A DNA stretch of 64,000 nt, taken from positions 30,814,001-30,878,000 of the forward strand of contig NC_042997.1 of assembly GCF_006345805.1 (NCBI RefSeq). Reading direction: 5' to 3'. Below the pieces are notes generated by a model that saw nothing but the letters and a program-made list of their open reading frames with translations, did no database searches and was not told the DNA's origin. Of the stretch, positions 12,211-24,255 are shown piece after piece; position 1 is the first letter of the stretch, and each line of letters opens with the position of its first letter. The DNA is from Octopus sinensis (lineage: Eukaryota). The position numbers and the translations under genes are program-made.

Positions 12211-12277
12211 TCCCATATACCTTCTTAGACATTTTCACTTCTTACAGAGCTAAAAGTTTTTATATTTGTTTTTACAG

Positions 12278-12428
12278 ATAAAGTATTCATGAACGAAAAG
12301 AAGGCTCAAAACGTCATGATCTTGATGAGAGGGAGGTTTCTTCAGTCTGTAAGAAGCGTATCTTCAGCTCTTGTTTCACTCCAAGAACTTAATTATGTTA
12401 CGTTGGAAGATATACGCACTCTTCAAAA
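12278..12428 (+). CDS. Formin-like exon C (FH2 knob, conserved Ile)
   Basis: ttttacag|AT acceptor and AA|gtaata donor, phase 1/2, fitting both neighbours. DKVFMNEKKAQNVMILMRGRF matches LDxKxAQNxxIxL. Not in the supplied ORF track. Confidence 0.85.
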
Positions 12429-12489
12429 GTAATAATTTATTATCTTTACTCTTCATTATTTTTTTAATTATAATTATTAGTGTTATTAG

Positions 12490-12815
12490 CGGTTGGGAGG
12501 CAGTCGCCGGCAACCGTGGAGAATGGCGACGTACAGTAAAAGAGGGAATACAAAAGAGTGACAGAGAGAGAGAGGAGAAATGGAAAGAAAGGAAGAGACG
12601 TAAACAAGAGACTATGGCACTACAACCAGCCAGGAACAGTCTTCGCTACATTTGCGGTACCTGCCAGAGGGAGTGTTTGTCCAGGATAGGACTACACAGC
12701 CACAGCAGGAAATGTATCAGGACATGAAATATAAAAGCCGGACTAGACTACAAAAAAAAAAAAAAAGATGCGCATCTCCATTGTCTCCCGAGACAGAAAG
12801 GATGCCAATACCAAT
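12490..12815 (+). mobile_element. RTE LINE 3' end of a second family (C-terminal Zn-knuckle)
   Basis: WEAVAGNRGEWRRTV...YICGTCQRECLSRIGLHSHSRKC* followed by a 3' stem-loop-like sequence tccattgtctcccgagacagaaaggatgcc. Confidence 0.8.
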
Positions 12816-13144
12816 GAGGTGGCAGAATCATTAGTGTATTAGGCAAAATGCTTAGCAATATTTCACCTCTCTTTACATTCTGAGTTCAAATTCTGCCGAG
12901 GTTGGCTTTGCCAGTGTTATACAACATGCTCCACCAAACCATGGGATGGGTTAGTGTGCAGAATACAAGCCACATTATAGTATTAGTAAAATACAGAAAG
13001 TAAACATACTATCTTATGCTTTATAAATCATCTATATGCTTCAGCAAATTAACTGACAGGATTGCTTGACTGCTTGTTGAAACTCCTATAAACTTATTAA
13101 TTCACCTCTGCTCGGTGATTAGCAAAAATTTGCCAAAATATATA

Positions 13145-14125
13145 TCATCATCATCATCATCATCGTTTAACGTCCGCTTTCCATGCTAGCATGGGTTGGA
13201 CGATTTTGACTGAGGGCTGGCAAACCAGATGGCTGCAATCTTGATCTGGCAGAGTTTCTACAGCTGGATGCCCTTCCTAATGCCAACCACTCTGAGAGTG
13301 TAGTGGGTGCTTTTTCCGGGCCACCGGCATGGAGGCCAGTCAGGCGGTACTGGCAGTGACCTCGCTTGAATCTTTTTACACGTGCCAGTGAAGCGATGGT
13401 GGTAACAATCACACTCGAATGGTGCCCTTTTACGTGCCACAGGTACGAAAGCCAGTTGGCTGCTCTGGCAACGATCACGCTCGGATAGTGCTCTTGGTAC
13501 CCTACTAGCACAGGCACAAGTGCCAGTAAGGCGACGCTGGTAACGATCATACTCGAACGGTGCCCTTTTACGTGCCACAAGTACGGAAACCAGTTGGCTG
13601 CTCTGGCAATGATCACGCTCGGATGGTGCTCTTAGCACCCTACTAGCAGTGGCACAAGTGCCAGTAAGGTGACGCTGGTAACGATCATACTCGAACGGTG
13701 CCCTTTTACGTGCCACAAGTACGGAAGCCAGTTGGCTGCTCTGGCAACGATCACGCTCGGATAGTGCTCTTGGCACCCTACTAGCGCAGGCACAAGTGCC
13801 AGTAAGGCGACGCTGGTAACGATCATACTCGAATGGTGCCCTTTTACGTGCCACAAGTACGGAAGCCAGTTGGCTGCTCTGGCAACGATCACTCTCGGAT
13901 AGTGCTCTTGGCACCCTACTAGCGCAGGCACAAGTGCCAGTAAGGCGACACTGGTAATGATCATACTCGAACGGTGCCCTTTTATGTGCCACTGGCACAG
14001 AAGTCGGTTAGCTGCTCTGTCAACGATCATATTCGTATGGTGCTCTTTGCACCCCGCTAGCACGGATGCCAGTCATCGAATTGATTTTGATTTTGATTTC
14101 CCTTGCCTCAACAGGTCTTCAAAGC
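13145..14125 (-). mobile_element. RTE 3'-end copy with 138-bp tandem array
   Basis: Tail consensus; ggtgccc recurs at 13421, 13559, 13697, 13835 and 13973. Confidence 0.8.
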
Positions 14126-14250
14126 ATAAAATGCCATGCATATTTCCTGTACTTTATCTGTGTGTGTGATGAAAAAGGAAAGCAATGTTATATATGTACA
14201 TTTGTGTATGTTTTATAGAAATATATGAGTGAGTCTATTCATTTTTGCAG

Positions 14251-14428
14251 ATATCAACCTGATGCTGATGAAATTGAAATGTATCAGAGACTACAGACTG
14301 AAGAAGTTGAGCTGAAACCTGTTGATGATTGCATGCTAAAATTGTCCCTGATACCTTGTTTTAGAGATCGTCTTGAATTGATTCACACCATATGGAGCTT
14401 TTCTGAAGAGAATACAGAATTTATTATG
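14251..14428 (+). CDS. Formin-like exon D (FH2)
   Basis: ttttgcag|A acceptor and ATG|gtaatc donor, phase 2/0. YQPDADEIEMY...LKPVDDCMLKLSLIPCFRDRLE matches PxxEE...LxxxDxFxxxLxxIPxxxxRL. Confidence 0.9.
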
Positions 14429-14442
14429 GTAATCATCATCAT

Positions 14443-14583
14443 CATCATCATCATCATCATTTAGCGTCCGTTTTCCATGCTAGCATGGGTTGGACGGTTC
14501 TACTGGGGTCTGTGAAGCCAGAAGGCTTCATCAGGCCCAGTCAAATCTGGCAGTGTTTCTACGGCTGGATGCCCTTCCTAACG
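14443..14583 (-). mobile_element. Short RTE 3'-end copy just after formin exon D donor
   Basis: Near-identical to the start of 2888-3295. Confidence 0.75.
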
Positions 14584-14754
14584 TAATATCAAATGAAAAT
14601 GAAAATCAAATTATAATTTAAAAACTCATCCTGATTACTTAGTTTATTAACCTTAATTATAGAACCATCTTCAGTTAAATTTCTCCCTAGATCTGCACAT
14701 AAATGTGAAGGTGTGGGCAAGATTTTGTTGAATAAAACAGGCAACTCTCTTTAT

Positions 14755-15149
14755 AGGCGCAGGAGTGGCTGTGTGGTAAGTAGCTTGTCTACCAACCACA
14801 TGGTTCCGGGTTCAGTCCCACTACGTGGTACATTGGGCAAGTGTCTTCTACTATAGCCTCGGGCCGACCAAAGCCTTGTGAGTGGATTTGGTAGACGGTA
14901 ACTGAAAGAAGCCCGTCGTATATATGTATATATATATATATGCATGTGTGTGTCTGTGTTTGTCCCCCTAGCATTGCTTGACAACAGATGCTGGTGTGTT
15001 TATGTCCCCATTGCTTAGCGGTTCGGTAAAAGAGACCGATAGAATAAGTACTGGGCTTACAAAGGAACAAGTCCTGGGGTCGAGTTGCTCGATTAAAGGC
15101 GGTGCTCCAGCATGGCCGCAGTCAAATGACTGAAACAAGTGAAAAGAGT
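14755..15149 (+). mobile_element. SINE family A
   Basis: Full-length. Confidence 0.85.
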
Positions 15150-15641
15150 AATTGTCCATGTATGCATGTTTTTCCAATGTTTATCCAAGGGAAGGCTGCT
15201 GGATTAGCTTGCATATACACCATCCATAAATCAGGTACTGTGGTATAAATCCTCAGACAATATTTTGTATGAACATTCTGTATTACTGCCAATACACCTT
15301 GGTATCAGTCTCATCGCTGGTTTTGCAACAAGACATTCTGGCCAACCCTCTAACGGATTCATCAATCCTCCTCTCTGGATTGGAACTTTATGAACTCCAA
15401 AAGAATTAAAGGTTGACTTTGGTAGGATTTGAACTCAGTGCACAATAGATGAGAACAAATACTGTGAGGTATCCTGTCCAATGCATTTTGATGGCAGTTC
15501 TCCATGTCCACAAATCATGAGGAAGAACAGCAAGCCTTCTCTTAGTTATGTAAACTGATTCTTGAACAACAGGCTCTGGAGCACTCAGGGCAAATATGTA
15601 GGCTTTGATCAGATGGGTGTCAAAACATATATATATATATC

Positions 15642-15672
<31 letters not shown>

Positions 15673-15683
15673 CTGTGTGTGTG

Positions 15684-16020
15684 AAAGCGCATGGCTCAGT
15701 GGTTAGAGCATCGAGCTTGCGATTGTGAGGTTGTGAGCTCGAATCCTGGACCAGGCTGCGTGTTGTGTTCTTGAGCAAGACACTTTATTTCACTTTGCTC
15801 CAGTTCACTCAGCTGTAGAAATGAGTTGCGACGTCACTGGTGCCAAGCTGTATCGACCCCTTTGCCTTTCCCTTGGATAACACTGGTGGCGTGGAGAGGG
15901 GAGGTTGGTATGCATGGGTGACTGGTGGTCTTCCATAAAACAACTTTGCCCGGACTTGTGCTTGGGAGGGTAACTTTCTAGGTGCAATCCCATGGTCTGT
16001 GTTGTGATCGAAGGGGGTCT
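15684..16020 (+). mobile_element. SINE family C (tRNA head, ttgagcaagacacttt body)
   Basis: A box TGGCTCAGTGG and B box GAGCTCGAATCC; related minus-strand copies at about 50420-50710 and 51140-51350. Confidence 0.75.
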
Positions 16021-16449
16021 CAATGCTTGTAGCTTAGTTTTTCCTTGCGGCTGGCCAGATCGGAGCGATCTCAAGATTAATCAGCCGAAATTGCGAGGAT
16101 GATCCGGTTCGTGACTGAAGATTAGAGGCTTCGAATGACCCGTCCATTTTTTGTGTTGTCTCTTTGAGTGTTTTGCGTCCTTGTCCCATTTTGTATTTTT
16201 ATATATATTTTTTATACACACATATATATATCTGGTCTTATGTGTCCGAGGAGAGCGGCAGTTTATTTCAAATTGATGTAATGCTTACACTGATCGATTA
16301 TATGGAACTGCTTGAAATGGCCGTAATGCACTAATACCTGGACATCATTATTACTTATTTGCTTTTTATAAATATACATACATATCATCATCATTATCAT
16401 TTAACACACACACACACATATATGGTGCTTTTTTGCTTTTCTTTTTCAG

Positions 16450-16608
16450 TCAGTTAACATTGCATCAAAGTTGTGTGATGAGATATTGCGCTCTGAACGA
16501 TTAGTAAAAGTTTTAGCCTATGTCTTGGCTATTTTCAATTATCTAAATTCTTCTGGAAGTAGAAAATTCAATGCACTGCCTGGTTTTGATATGAATTACC
16601 TCAGTAAT
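16450..16608 (+). CDS. Formin-like exon E (FH2 post, GNYMN-equivalent motif)
   Basis: ctttttcag|TCA acceptor and AAT|gtaagt donor, phase 0/0. ACxELxxSxxLxxxLxxxLAxGNYMN appears here as LCDEILRSERLVKVLAYVLAIFNYLN, followed by GFDMNYLSN. Confidence 0.9.
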
Positions 16609-16754
16609 GTAAGTATTAAGAGGCACCATTATATTTCTGTTATTATCATTGAATACTGAACTAACTATGCTTTTATAAGTATTCTCATTGTTTGGGTCTC
16701 TTCTTCTCTTTATTTGTGCCTCCCTCTCACATATTCTTTCTGCTTGTGATCTGT

Positions 16755-16808
<54 letters not shown>

Positions 16809-18534
16809 GTGTGTGTGTGCGTGTGTGTGTAGGCATGGTTGTGTGGTAAGATCTTTGCTTACCAATCCAATGGTTCTGGATCCAGTCCCATTGCATGCCA
16901 ACTTGGACAAGTGTCTTCTGCTATAGCCCTGGGCTAACCAAAGCCTTATGAGTGGATTTGGTAGACAAAACCTGAAAAAAATCCATCATCATCATCATTT
17001 AACGCCCGCCTTCCAATTGGCTTGGGTTGGACCGTTTGACAGGAGCCGACCAAACAGGAACTTGCACCAGACTTCTGTGATTGTTTTGGCAGGGTTTTTC
17101 AGCTGGATGCCCTTCCTAACACCAACCACCCTGCAGAGTGATCCGAGGGCTTTTAATGTGGCACAAGCACAGGCAAAGTCAGTTTTTGGCAAGTTTTTTA
17201 TGGCTGGATGCTCTTCCAACTGCCAACCATTTTACAGTGTGGACTGCATGCTTTTTTTACATAGCATCAGCACATATGTTTGTGTGTATTGTATGTATGT
17301 ATGTATGTGTGTGTATATTGTATGTATATATATGTGTGTGTATTGTATGTCTATATATGTGTGTGTGTATATTGTATGTATGTATGTATGTGTGTGTGTG
17401 TATTGTATGTATGTATATGTGTGTGTGTATTGTTTGTATGTTGGTATATGTGTGTGTCTTGTATGTATGTATATATATGTATGTGTCTGTGTTATTGTTT
17501 CTTGATCTCAGGAGATAATTGTAAATGTGTGTTATCATGTAAGTGGTGTCCTTTGCTTATCTTTCATGAAAATATGACTGATCATGGGGAAAATATTAAC
17601 CTTACTTAGAAACAGGCGAGGTTGGCTACAAGAAGGGTGTCTTCATTTTTTTTCTGTGGGCATATATGGGCTAAAACTCCTGTAAACTGTGAGATTGTAA
17701 GCAGTAGTTTGTTTAGCTTATGCCTAAACCTGGCACTGACTGCTATGCACTGACTGCAGTCTTGCTTGACTCTAAAAATGCCAGACCACCTCATTGTAAA
17801 CACAAACTGTGCATAGGCACAATTTAAAAAGTGTAAATAGAATTAACTTTGCATAAATGTTAGCTTTTCATTCTATGAACATAGTAGAAGGCCCCAAGAA
17901 GACCATTAGGGAGAAGTTGTTCGTGCATCGCTACATAAAGCAGAAGCCCTCTAAGATATTCTAATGTTGTTTCTCTCTATGTTTTTAGAAAGTCTTGCTT
18001 CTTTATAATGGTAACCATGTTTGAGCCACATTGGAAAATATAGATCTTGCTATTGTTAGGGTTTATCCAACAGCTGCATATTGTTGGTTATCTCTGATTA
18101 ATGACATTCCATCTATAACCATCTTGACTTTTTGTATTTCCTTCTTTATTTAGGATAATAGGATGTGATTTGAGGGAGATTTACCTGCTACTTCTAGTTG
18201 GAAAGACTTCATAGAGGTTACCTCATTCGTTTACATTCATCTGTTGTAGTTTGTACTATGTGTTGATGTTCTGGTAGATTCTGGTCAAATTAAATTCATG
18301 GCCCAGACTCAATTGGTAAATGGTACTGCTTCATAGTATCAGAGTTGAGAGTAGTACTCCTCCCCTTTACTTATACTACTCCTCAGTCAGATATTGTGAA
18401 GTAGATTTGTAGCAGTAACAAGTCACATACTCAGAAGTCATTTATTGATCTTTGGCTATCATGTAATATCCGTGCTGATCAGTTTTTGACTCAAGCAGAA
18501 AGGCGAGTACTTCATACCTTGTCACTATCACTAT

Positions 18535-18918
18535 GGATCGGCGCAATGGCCCAGTGATTTGGGCAGCGGACTCACGGTCGTAGGATCGCGGTTTCGATTC
18601 CCAGACCGGGTGTTGTGAGTGTTTATTGAGCGAAAAACACCTGAAGCTCCACGAGGCTCCGGCAGGGATGGTGGTGATCCCTGCTGTACTCTTTCACCAC
18701 AACTTTCTCTCACTCTTACTTCCTGTTTCAGTTGTACCTGTATTTCAAAGGGCCAGCCTTGTCACTCTCTGTGTCACGCTGAATATTCCCGAGAACTACG
18801 TTAAGGGTACACGTGTCTGTGGAGTGCTCGGCCACTTACATGTTAATTTCACGAGCAGGCTGTTCCGTTGATCGGATCAACCGGAACCCTCGTCGTCGTG
18901 ACCGACGTAGTGCTTCCT
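18535..18918 (+). mobile_element. SINE family B
   Basis: Full-length. Confidence 0.85.
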
Positions 18919-18969
18919 CCTGGATCGGCACTCTCTAAAAACATATGTAATATATAAAAAAATGTAAAT

Positions 18970-19362
18970 AGGCGCAGGAGCGGCTGTGTGGTAAGTAGCT
19001 TGCTTACCAACCACATGGTTCCGGGTTCAGTCCCACTGCGTGGCACCTTGGGCAAGTGTCTTCTACTATAGCCTCGGGCCGACCAAAGTCTTGTGAGTGG
19101 ATTTGGTAGACGGAAACTGAAAAGAAGCCCGTCGTATATATGTATATATATATGTATGTGTGCGTGTATGTTTGTTTGTCTGTGTTTGTCCCCCTAGCAT
19201 TGCTTAACAACTGCTGGTGTTTTTATGTTCCCGTCACTTAGTGGTTCGGCAAAAGAGACCGATAGAATAAGTACTGGGCTTACAAAGAATAAGTCCCAGG
19301 GTCAAGTTGCTTGACTAAAGGCGGTGCTCCAGCATGGCCACAGTCAAATGACTGAAACAAGT
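18970..19362 (+). mobile_element. SINE family A
   Basis: Full-length. Confidence 0.85.
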
Positions 19363-19364
19363 CA

Positions 19365-19710
19365 ACAACATTTTTAGAGAGTTATAGCCAAAAAATAACA
19401 AAAAATGCATTAAAAATGGAAAAAAAATAATGGTAAATTTTTTTTAAAATCGTTGACTCATCGTAGACATTTTTAGAGAGTTACTTCCCTTATATAATAG
19501 CGAAAAAATGCATTAAAATGGAAAAAAATGATGGTAAATTATTTTTAAAATCGTAGACTCATCGTAGATGCACGCTAACACCCAGAAGGGCTCGATATGA
19601 ATCACGACTATAAGATACCCAGTTTTGGTTAAACTGCACCGCAAAATGTGGGAGTAGTTAGGAATCTAAATTGTAGGAGACAGACACAACCTTACTTTTA
19701 TATATAAAGA
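19365..19710 (-). mobile_element. Helitron-like 5' portion with internal ~100-bp duplication
   Basis: Minus-strand ATCTTTATATATAAAAG start; interior motifs shared with 39177-39548; 3' end absent. Confidence 0.55.
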
Positions 19711-19745
19711 TTTAAATAAAGCTGATCCATTTGAATTACTTTCAG

Positions 19746-19908
19746 CTGGATTCAATACGGGGAATGGGTAATTATACAGTTCTTAAAGTTCTCAAGTGTC
19801 ATTTAGAAGATGATAATGACAAAACTTTGCAAGAGTTTCCTGAAGATCTGAAATCTTTGCTTCAATGTGAACCCTTCTCAATCAAATCATTGACTGTCAG
19901 TTTGGAAG
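19746..19908 (+). CDS. Formin-like exon F (FH2)
   Basis: actttcag|CTG acceptor and G|gtaagt donor, phase 0/1. Encodes LDSIRGMGNYTVLKVLKCHLE...FPEDLKSLLQCEPFSIKSL. Confidence 0.9.
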
Positions 19909-19986
19909 GTAAGTTTTTTTCATCTTTTTTCTTGTCTTTGTTTTGTTCTGTTGGATTGTTAAATTCATTCAGCTTCTTTATTCCCT

Positions 19987-20320
19987 TTGGTAAACACCCA
20001 CAAGGTTATCAACCACCTCACCAACAACAACACTGAACATCTTTTTGATCTCCATGTGCCTAACACACGCGGACATGCCTACAAAGTCAGAAAACAACAC
20101 AGCTCCCATGACTTTCGGAAACATTTTTTCACGCTCAGAGTTGCTGAAGCATGGAATAAACTGCCTGCGTCAGTTGTTGACTGCCATGACACTGCATCCT
20201 TTAAGGCCCTCATGCTTTCCGAAATCCGACGAAACTACACCTGATTATATATACACTTTAGATGAGTTGTAGTGCACCTGAGCACTGTACACAATTATCA
20301 TTATTATTATTATTATTATT
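19987..20320 (+). mobile_element. CR1-type LINE 3' end
   Basis: NTRGHAYKV...RKHFFTLRVAEAWNKLPASVV..FK followed by a (TTA)n tail. Confidence 0.8.
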
Positions 20321-20703
20321 TATTTTAATCCATATGCATGTCCTAGTGGTTAGGGTATTGCCCTCATGATTGCCAGATAGTGAGTTCAGTTCCCAAACCA
20401 GGCAGCATGTATTCTTGAGCAAAACCTTTCACATTGCTCTAGTGTTATATGGGGACCTGCATTTGTCAGAATAGACCTAAATGTTACCTCTGCATGTAAT
20501 AAAAGGTGACTAAAAGAGGCTGAGGTTGTAGGAGTTGTACTATAACCTCATGAAACACTCACCAGCAATGACTACCCCAAACAAACCCCATAAGCTGGAA
20601 GGTTGTCGCCTGAGTGGTGCAAAAGTGTCATCTGCCAAGAGTAGGGAATCACTAGCAAATGGTGGATGCTGGAACACAATGTTACAGCGCACATGACTTC
20701 CAT

Positions 20704-20808
20704 GCTACTGCTGCTGCTACTACTACTACTACCACCACCACCACCACTACTACTACTACTACGACTACTACTACTACTACTACTACTACGACTACTACTA
20801 CTACTACT
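20704..20808. repeat. (CTA)n/(CCA)n microsatellite
   Basis: Direct inspection. Confidence 0.9.
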
Positions 20809-20809
20809 T

Positions 20810-22380
20810 ATTTTTCATCACCAATTTTAACAAATTAGTCCATCTTATATTCTCCTTCATTGTTCATGGCTTCTTGTTGGTGATCCACTAACTTGTCAAC
20901 GTCTTGGCACTAGAAATCACTGGATCTTGACTCGAAGAATTCATCTAGGCATGTTTTCAACCCTGTGTTGTTGTTGAATGAAATACCTCAGGCTTTTGGG
21001 GAGTGACTGAAAACTGACGATCCGAAAGTGCTATATAAGGAGAATATGGTGGGTGTAGATAAAACTTCCAAAATAAGCTCTTGAATAATATAATTGCTCA
21101 AATTAGCAATGTGGTGGTAAACATCATGTTGAAGAAGCATATCATGTCACCCATTGGGTCATTTCAGATATATTGCTTCAATGAGCCAATACATTTGCAG
21201 GTGTAAAATTCTGTGTTTACTGTATGGTTATTTTCAAGTATATTGTTGTGGGTTACCCCTTCATTATTCCACCAAATGCAGATAAATTTCTTGTATGGAT
21301 GCAATTATGGTTTGCTTTGAAGTGTTGCTTACTTTCTAGGATTCTTCTCTCTGCTTCATATTCATGTAAAGCCCTTTTTTTTTTCCATATAGGCGTAGGA
21401 GTGGCTGTGTGGTAAGTAGCTTGCTTACCAACCACATGGCTCCGGGTTCAGTCCCACTGCGTGGCACCTTGGGCAAGTGTCTTTTACTATAGCCTTGGGC
21501 CAACCAAAGCCTTGTGGGTGGATTTGGTAGATGGAAACTGAAAGAAGCCTGTTGTGTATATATATATATATATGCATGTGTGTCTGTGTTTGTCCCTCCA
21601 ACATCGCCTGACAGCCGATACTGGTGCATTTACATCCCCGTAACTTAGTGGTTCAGCAAAAGGGACCGATAGAATAAGTACTGGGCTTACAAAGAATAAG
21701 TCCTGGGGTCGATTTGCTTGACTAAAGGCGGTGCTCCAGCATGGCCACAGTCAAATGTCTGAAACAAGTAAAAGAGTGAGGATGTAAAAAAATCTCTGTT
21801 TGTAAACATGACTAACCTGGTGTTGAGCAAGAAACTGAAGGTGATAGAGGAGTGCTGGAGTTTGTCTCTTTAGTGCCAAGCTTGTGACATCCATGCACTG
21901 CGTTTTTGGATCTTACCCATCAAATGAAGTTGATAGGTGATATTATCATGAGAACATCATATCTGTTGGATCAGTTCTTTAGAGGATTGGCATGGATCCT
22001 CATAGATAAGCTGGTTCATTGAAACCTCATTGAACTGAACAAGTCAGTCAGAATGCAGAAAATCTGTGATGTTGAATTTCTACTCCTTGAAGCATGATTT
22101 CTTTCAGTATTTGCACCTTCTCTGTACATAGTAAAAGCATCTTGAGTGGCTTTGGCACTTTTGGAACTTTGATTAAAAGCAAAGGGAAAGTCCTACACTG
22201 CAGATATCAACAACCATCACCAAATTCCGAACCACATGAAGCCACTGTTCAAATAGTGTTCTTGTTTAGGAATCAAAAACTGAAATAATACACACTTCTG
22301 TGTGAGAAACAAAGTTTAACTTCATTGTAAAAAGACTTCATATTAACTCCATATATGTTATTTTTTGCATTGTATCAAGT
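20810..22380 (-). mobile_element. Degenerate mariner transposase interrupted by a SINE
   Basis: Minus-strand LVQFNEVSMNQLIYEDPCQSSKEL...HLMGKIQKRSAWM, LYMNMKQR and LHPPYSP, with stops and frameshifts. SINE at 21391-21776. TIRs not resolved. Confidence 0.8.
21391..21776 (+). mobile_element. SINE family A inserted in mariner
   Basis: Full-length; interrupts the transposase near the DEKW region. Confidence 0.85.
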
Positions 22381-22422
22381 CATTTTCTTCAGATTTTTTC
22401 TTCCTTTGATTTTCAAGCTTAA

Positions 22423-23160
22423 CCCTTTTGTTACCAAACCGCCTGAAAAAAATTTTGGTTAATGTGACCAAACCGCCCAAATTTACCTATTCATATTTAA
22501 ATGAGAATATCAGAGCAAATCTCTTTAGTACATTCGTGAAAATACATATTATACTTCGTAAAGAGTTCAACTACAGTTTTGTACAAAGATCGACGTGTAA
22601 TTTTAATTCCGTGAATTTTGGGAGATTTTTTTCCGAAATTTGTTCCTATTGTGTTTTCAAAATTTGTAATTCTGACAAAAAATGGATATGAATTTCATTA
22701 TATCAAGCAGCGAGTCAGAATTCGAAGGATTTTCTACTGAAGACCTTCATAAATCTAACTCTATGACTGAAAAAAAAAAGCATGTGGTATTTGATAATGA
22801 ATCTGATGTTTCATTTTCCAAAAGTGAAAACAGTGAATCCGAGAGCTCCGACAGCAATAAAGAAAATGAATTGGCACCTGAATGGAGTGAAAATTTAAAA
22901 ACTGTTTCTTTCGGTGATTTTTCTGAAGAAACTGGACCAAGCCACAGACTTTCCCAGAAGAGTAAAGCCTTAGACTATTTCTTTTTACTTTTTCGAATGA
23001 GCCTATTTGAAATTACGGCGGAAACGAACCGTTACGCTAAAGGTAAACAAAGCAAAAGAAAGGATAGTTAGTGGTTTCCCACAACCTTAAATGAAATTAA
23101 GACTATTTTGCCATAAATATTATTATGGGTATCAGAAAGTTACCCAGAATAACAAATTCT
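22423..23160 (+). mobile_element. piggyBac 5' fragment (TTAA|CCC TIR plus transposase N-terminus)
   Basis: ttaaCCCTTTTGTTACC. Acidic N-terminus, then FSEETGPSHRL..ALDYFFLLF..ETNRYA..WFPTTLNEIK..MGIRKLP, typical of PGBD transposases. Contains a stop and a frameshift. Confidence 0.8.
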
Positions 23161-23523
23161 ATCGTAAAATTTTGTTGTATACCCAATTGAATATTAGCTA
23201 ATAACCCATTTTCTATAGCGATGTTTGAACAAAATTTTAATAATTTTATATTTTGTTGAATTTACCAGAGTGGTCTCCACTCTGTTGCAAGTACTTGTAC
23301 CAAATCTCCTAACTCATGATATCATAATACACTTCTTCAGTCTATCACTTATCATTTTTTCTGCTCTTTCTCTGCTGCCAATCTAGGGAAGCCCTGTAAA
23401 ATGTCATGACCATTACCCTTCTTCCTCTGAGTAACCTGTCAAATACAAAAAGTAATAATTTATATCTTTTGATCTCAATTACAATAACAACATATATAAT
23501 ATACCTGATTTGTTTTTCAATAG

Positions 23524-23627
23524 TCTGGAAACAAACAATGGCAAATATAAAAAATTTGCTCACATCGATTGAAAAAAGATTGAAAAGAACTTCAGAAAAT
23601 GATGTCAAATTCTTTGCAGAAGTCAAG
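23524..23627 (+). CDS. Formin-like exon G (FH2 coiled coil)
   Basis: tttcaatag|TC acceptor and AAG|gtaaac donor, phase 1/0. Encodes WKQTMANIKNLLTSIEKRLKRTSENDVKFFAEVK. Confidence 0.8.
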
Positions 23628-24108
23628 GTAAACTGACATGAATTGTGTTTTCATATACTTTGCTTGTGTTGTTTGTGATATTCTTTTATTTGTTTCAGCC
23701 ATTTGACTGCGGCCATGCTGGAGTACCACCTTTAATTGAAGCTATTATATAGTTATAATAATTATTCTCCTGTCTATGTTATAATTATAAAAATTGTATA
23801 GTTATGATAATTATTCTCCTGCCTATATTCTTCTAACTACTTTTACCCTTTATTCTTCTATTTTATTCCTTATAAACCGTGATTTTATTCCTTGTAAACT
23901 TTAAATTTTCCCCGTCTAAAATATTCATACCTTGTCTCTGATGACAGAATACCCAGTGCAAGGACATGATAAACCAACCACTTGGGTTATCCCCGAAATG
24001 GCTGTAACACTTCAAATTCACCTTACCCCAATTAAATTATTCTAAATGACTTGAGATACTCGTTTTGCCTTGGTTTTGATTTTTCCTATAACATAACATA
24101 ATATAATA

Positions 24109-24233
24109 TGAGGGGTGTATGAAAAGTCTTGAGCCTCAAAAAAAAAAAAAACATGATGCAAGACTTCTGATGAAGGTACAAGGCTTCAAGGGTCAAAGGC
24201 CTTGAAGGTTCAAAACTTTTCACACTCCCCTCA
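24109..24233. mobile_element. Mariner-type MITE
   Basis: TIRs TGAGGGGTGTATGAAAAGT / ACTTTTCACACTCCCCTCA in TA context. Confidence 0.65.
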
Positions 24234-24255
24234 AATATATATATATATATATGTG

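Noticed and set aside
13167-14063. Three overlapping 143-246 aa repetitive ORFs
   Set aside because: A by-product of the 138-bp (46-codon) tandem unit in an RTE 3' UTR.
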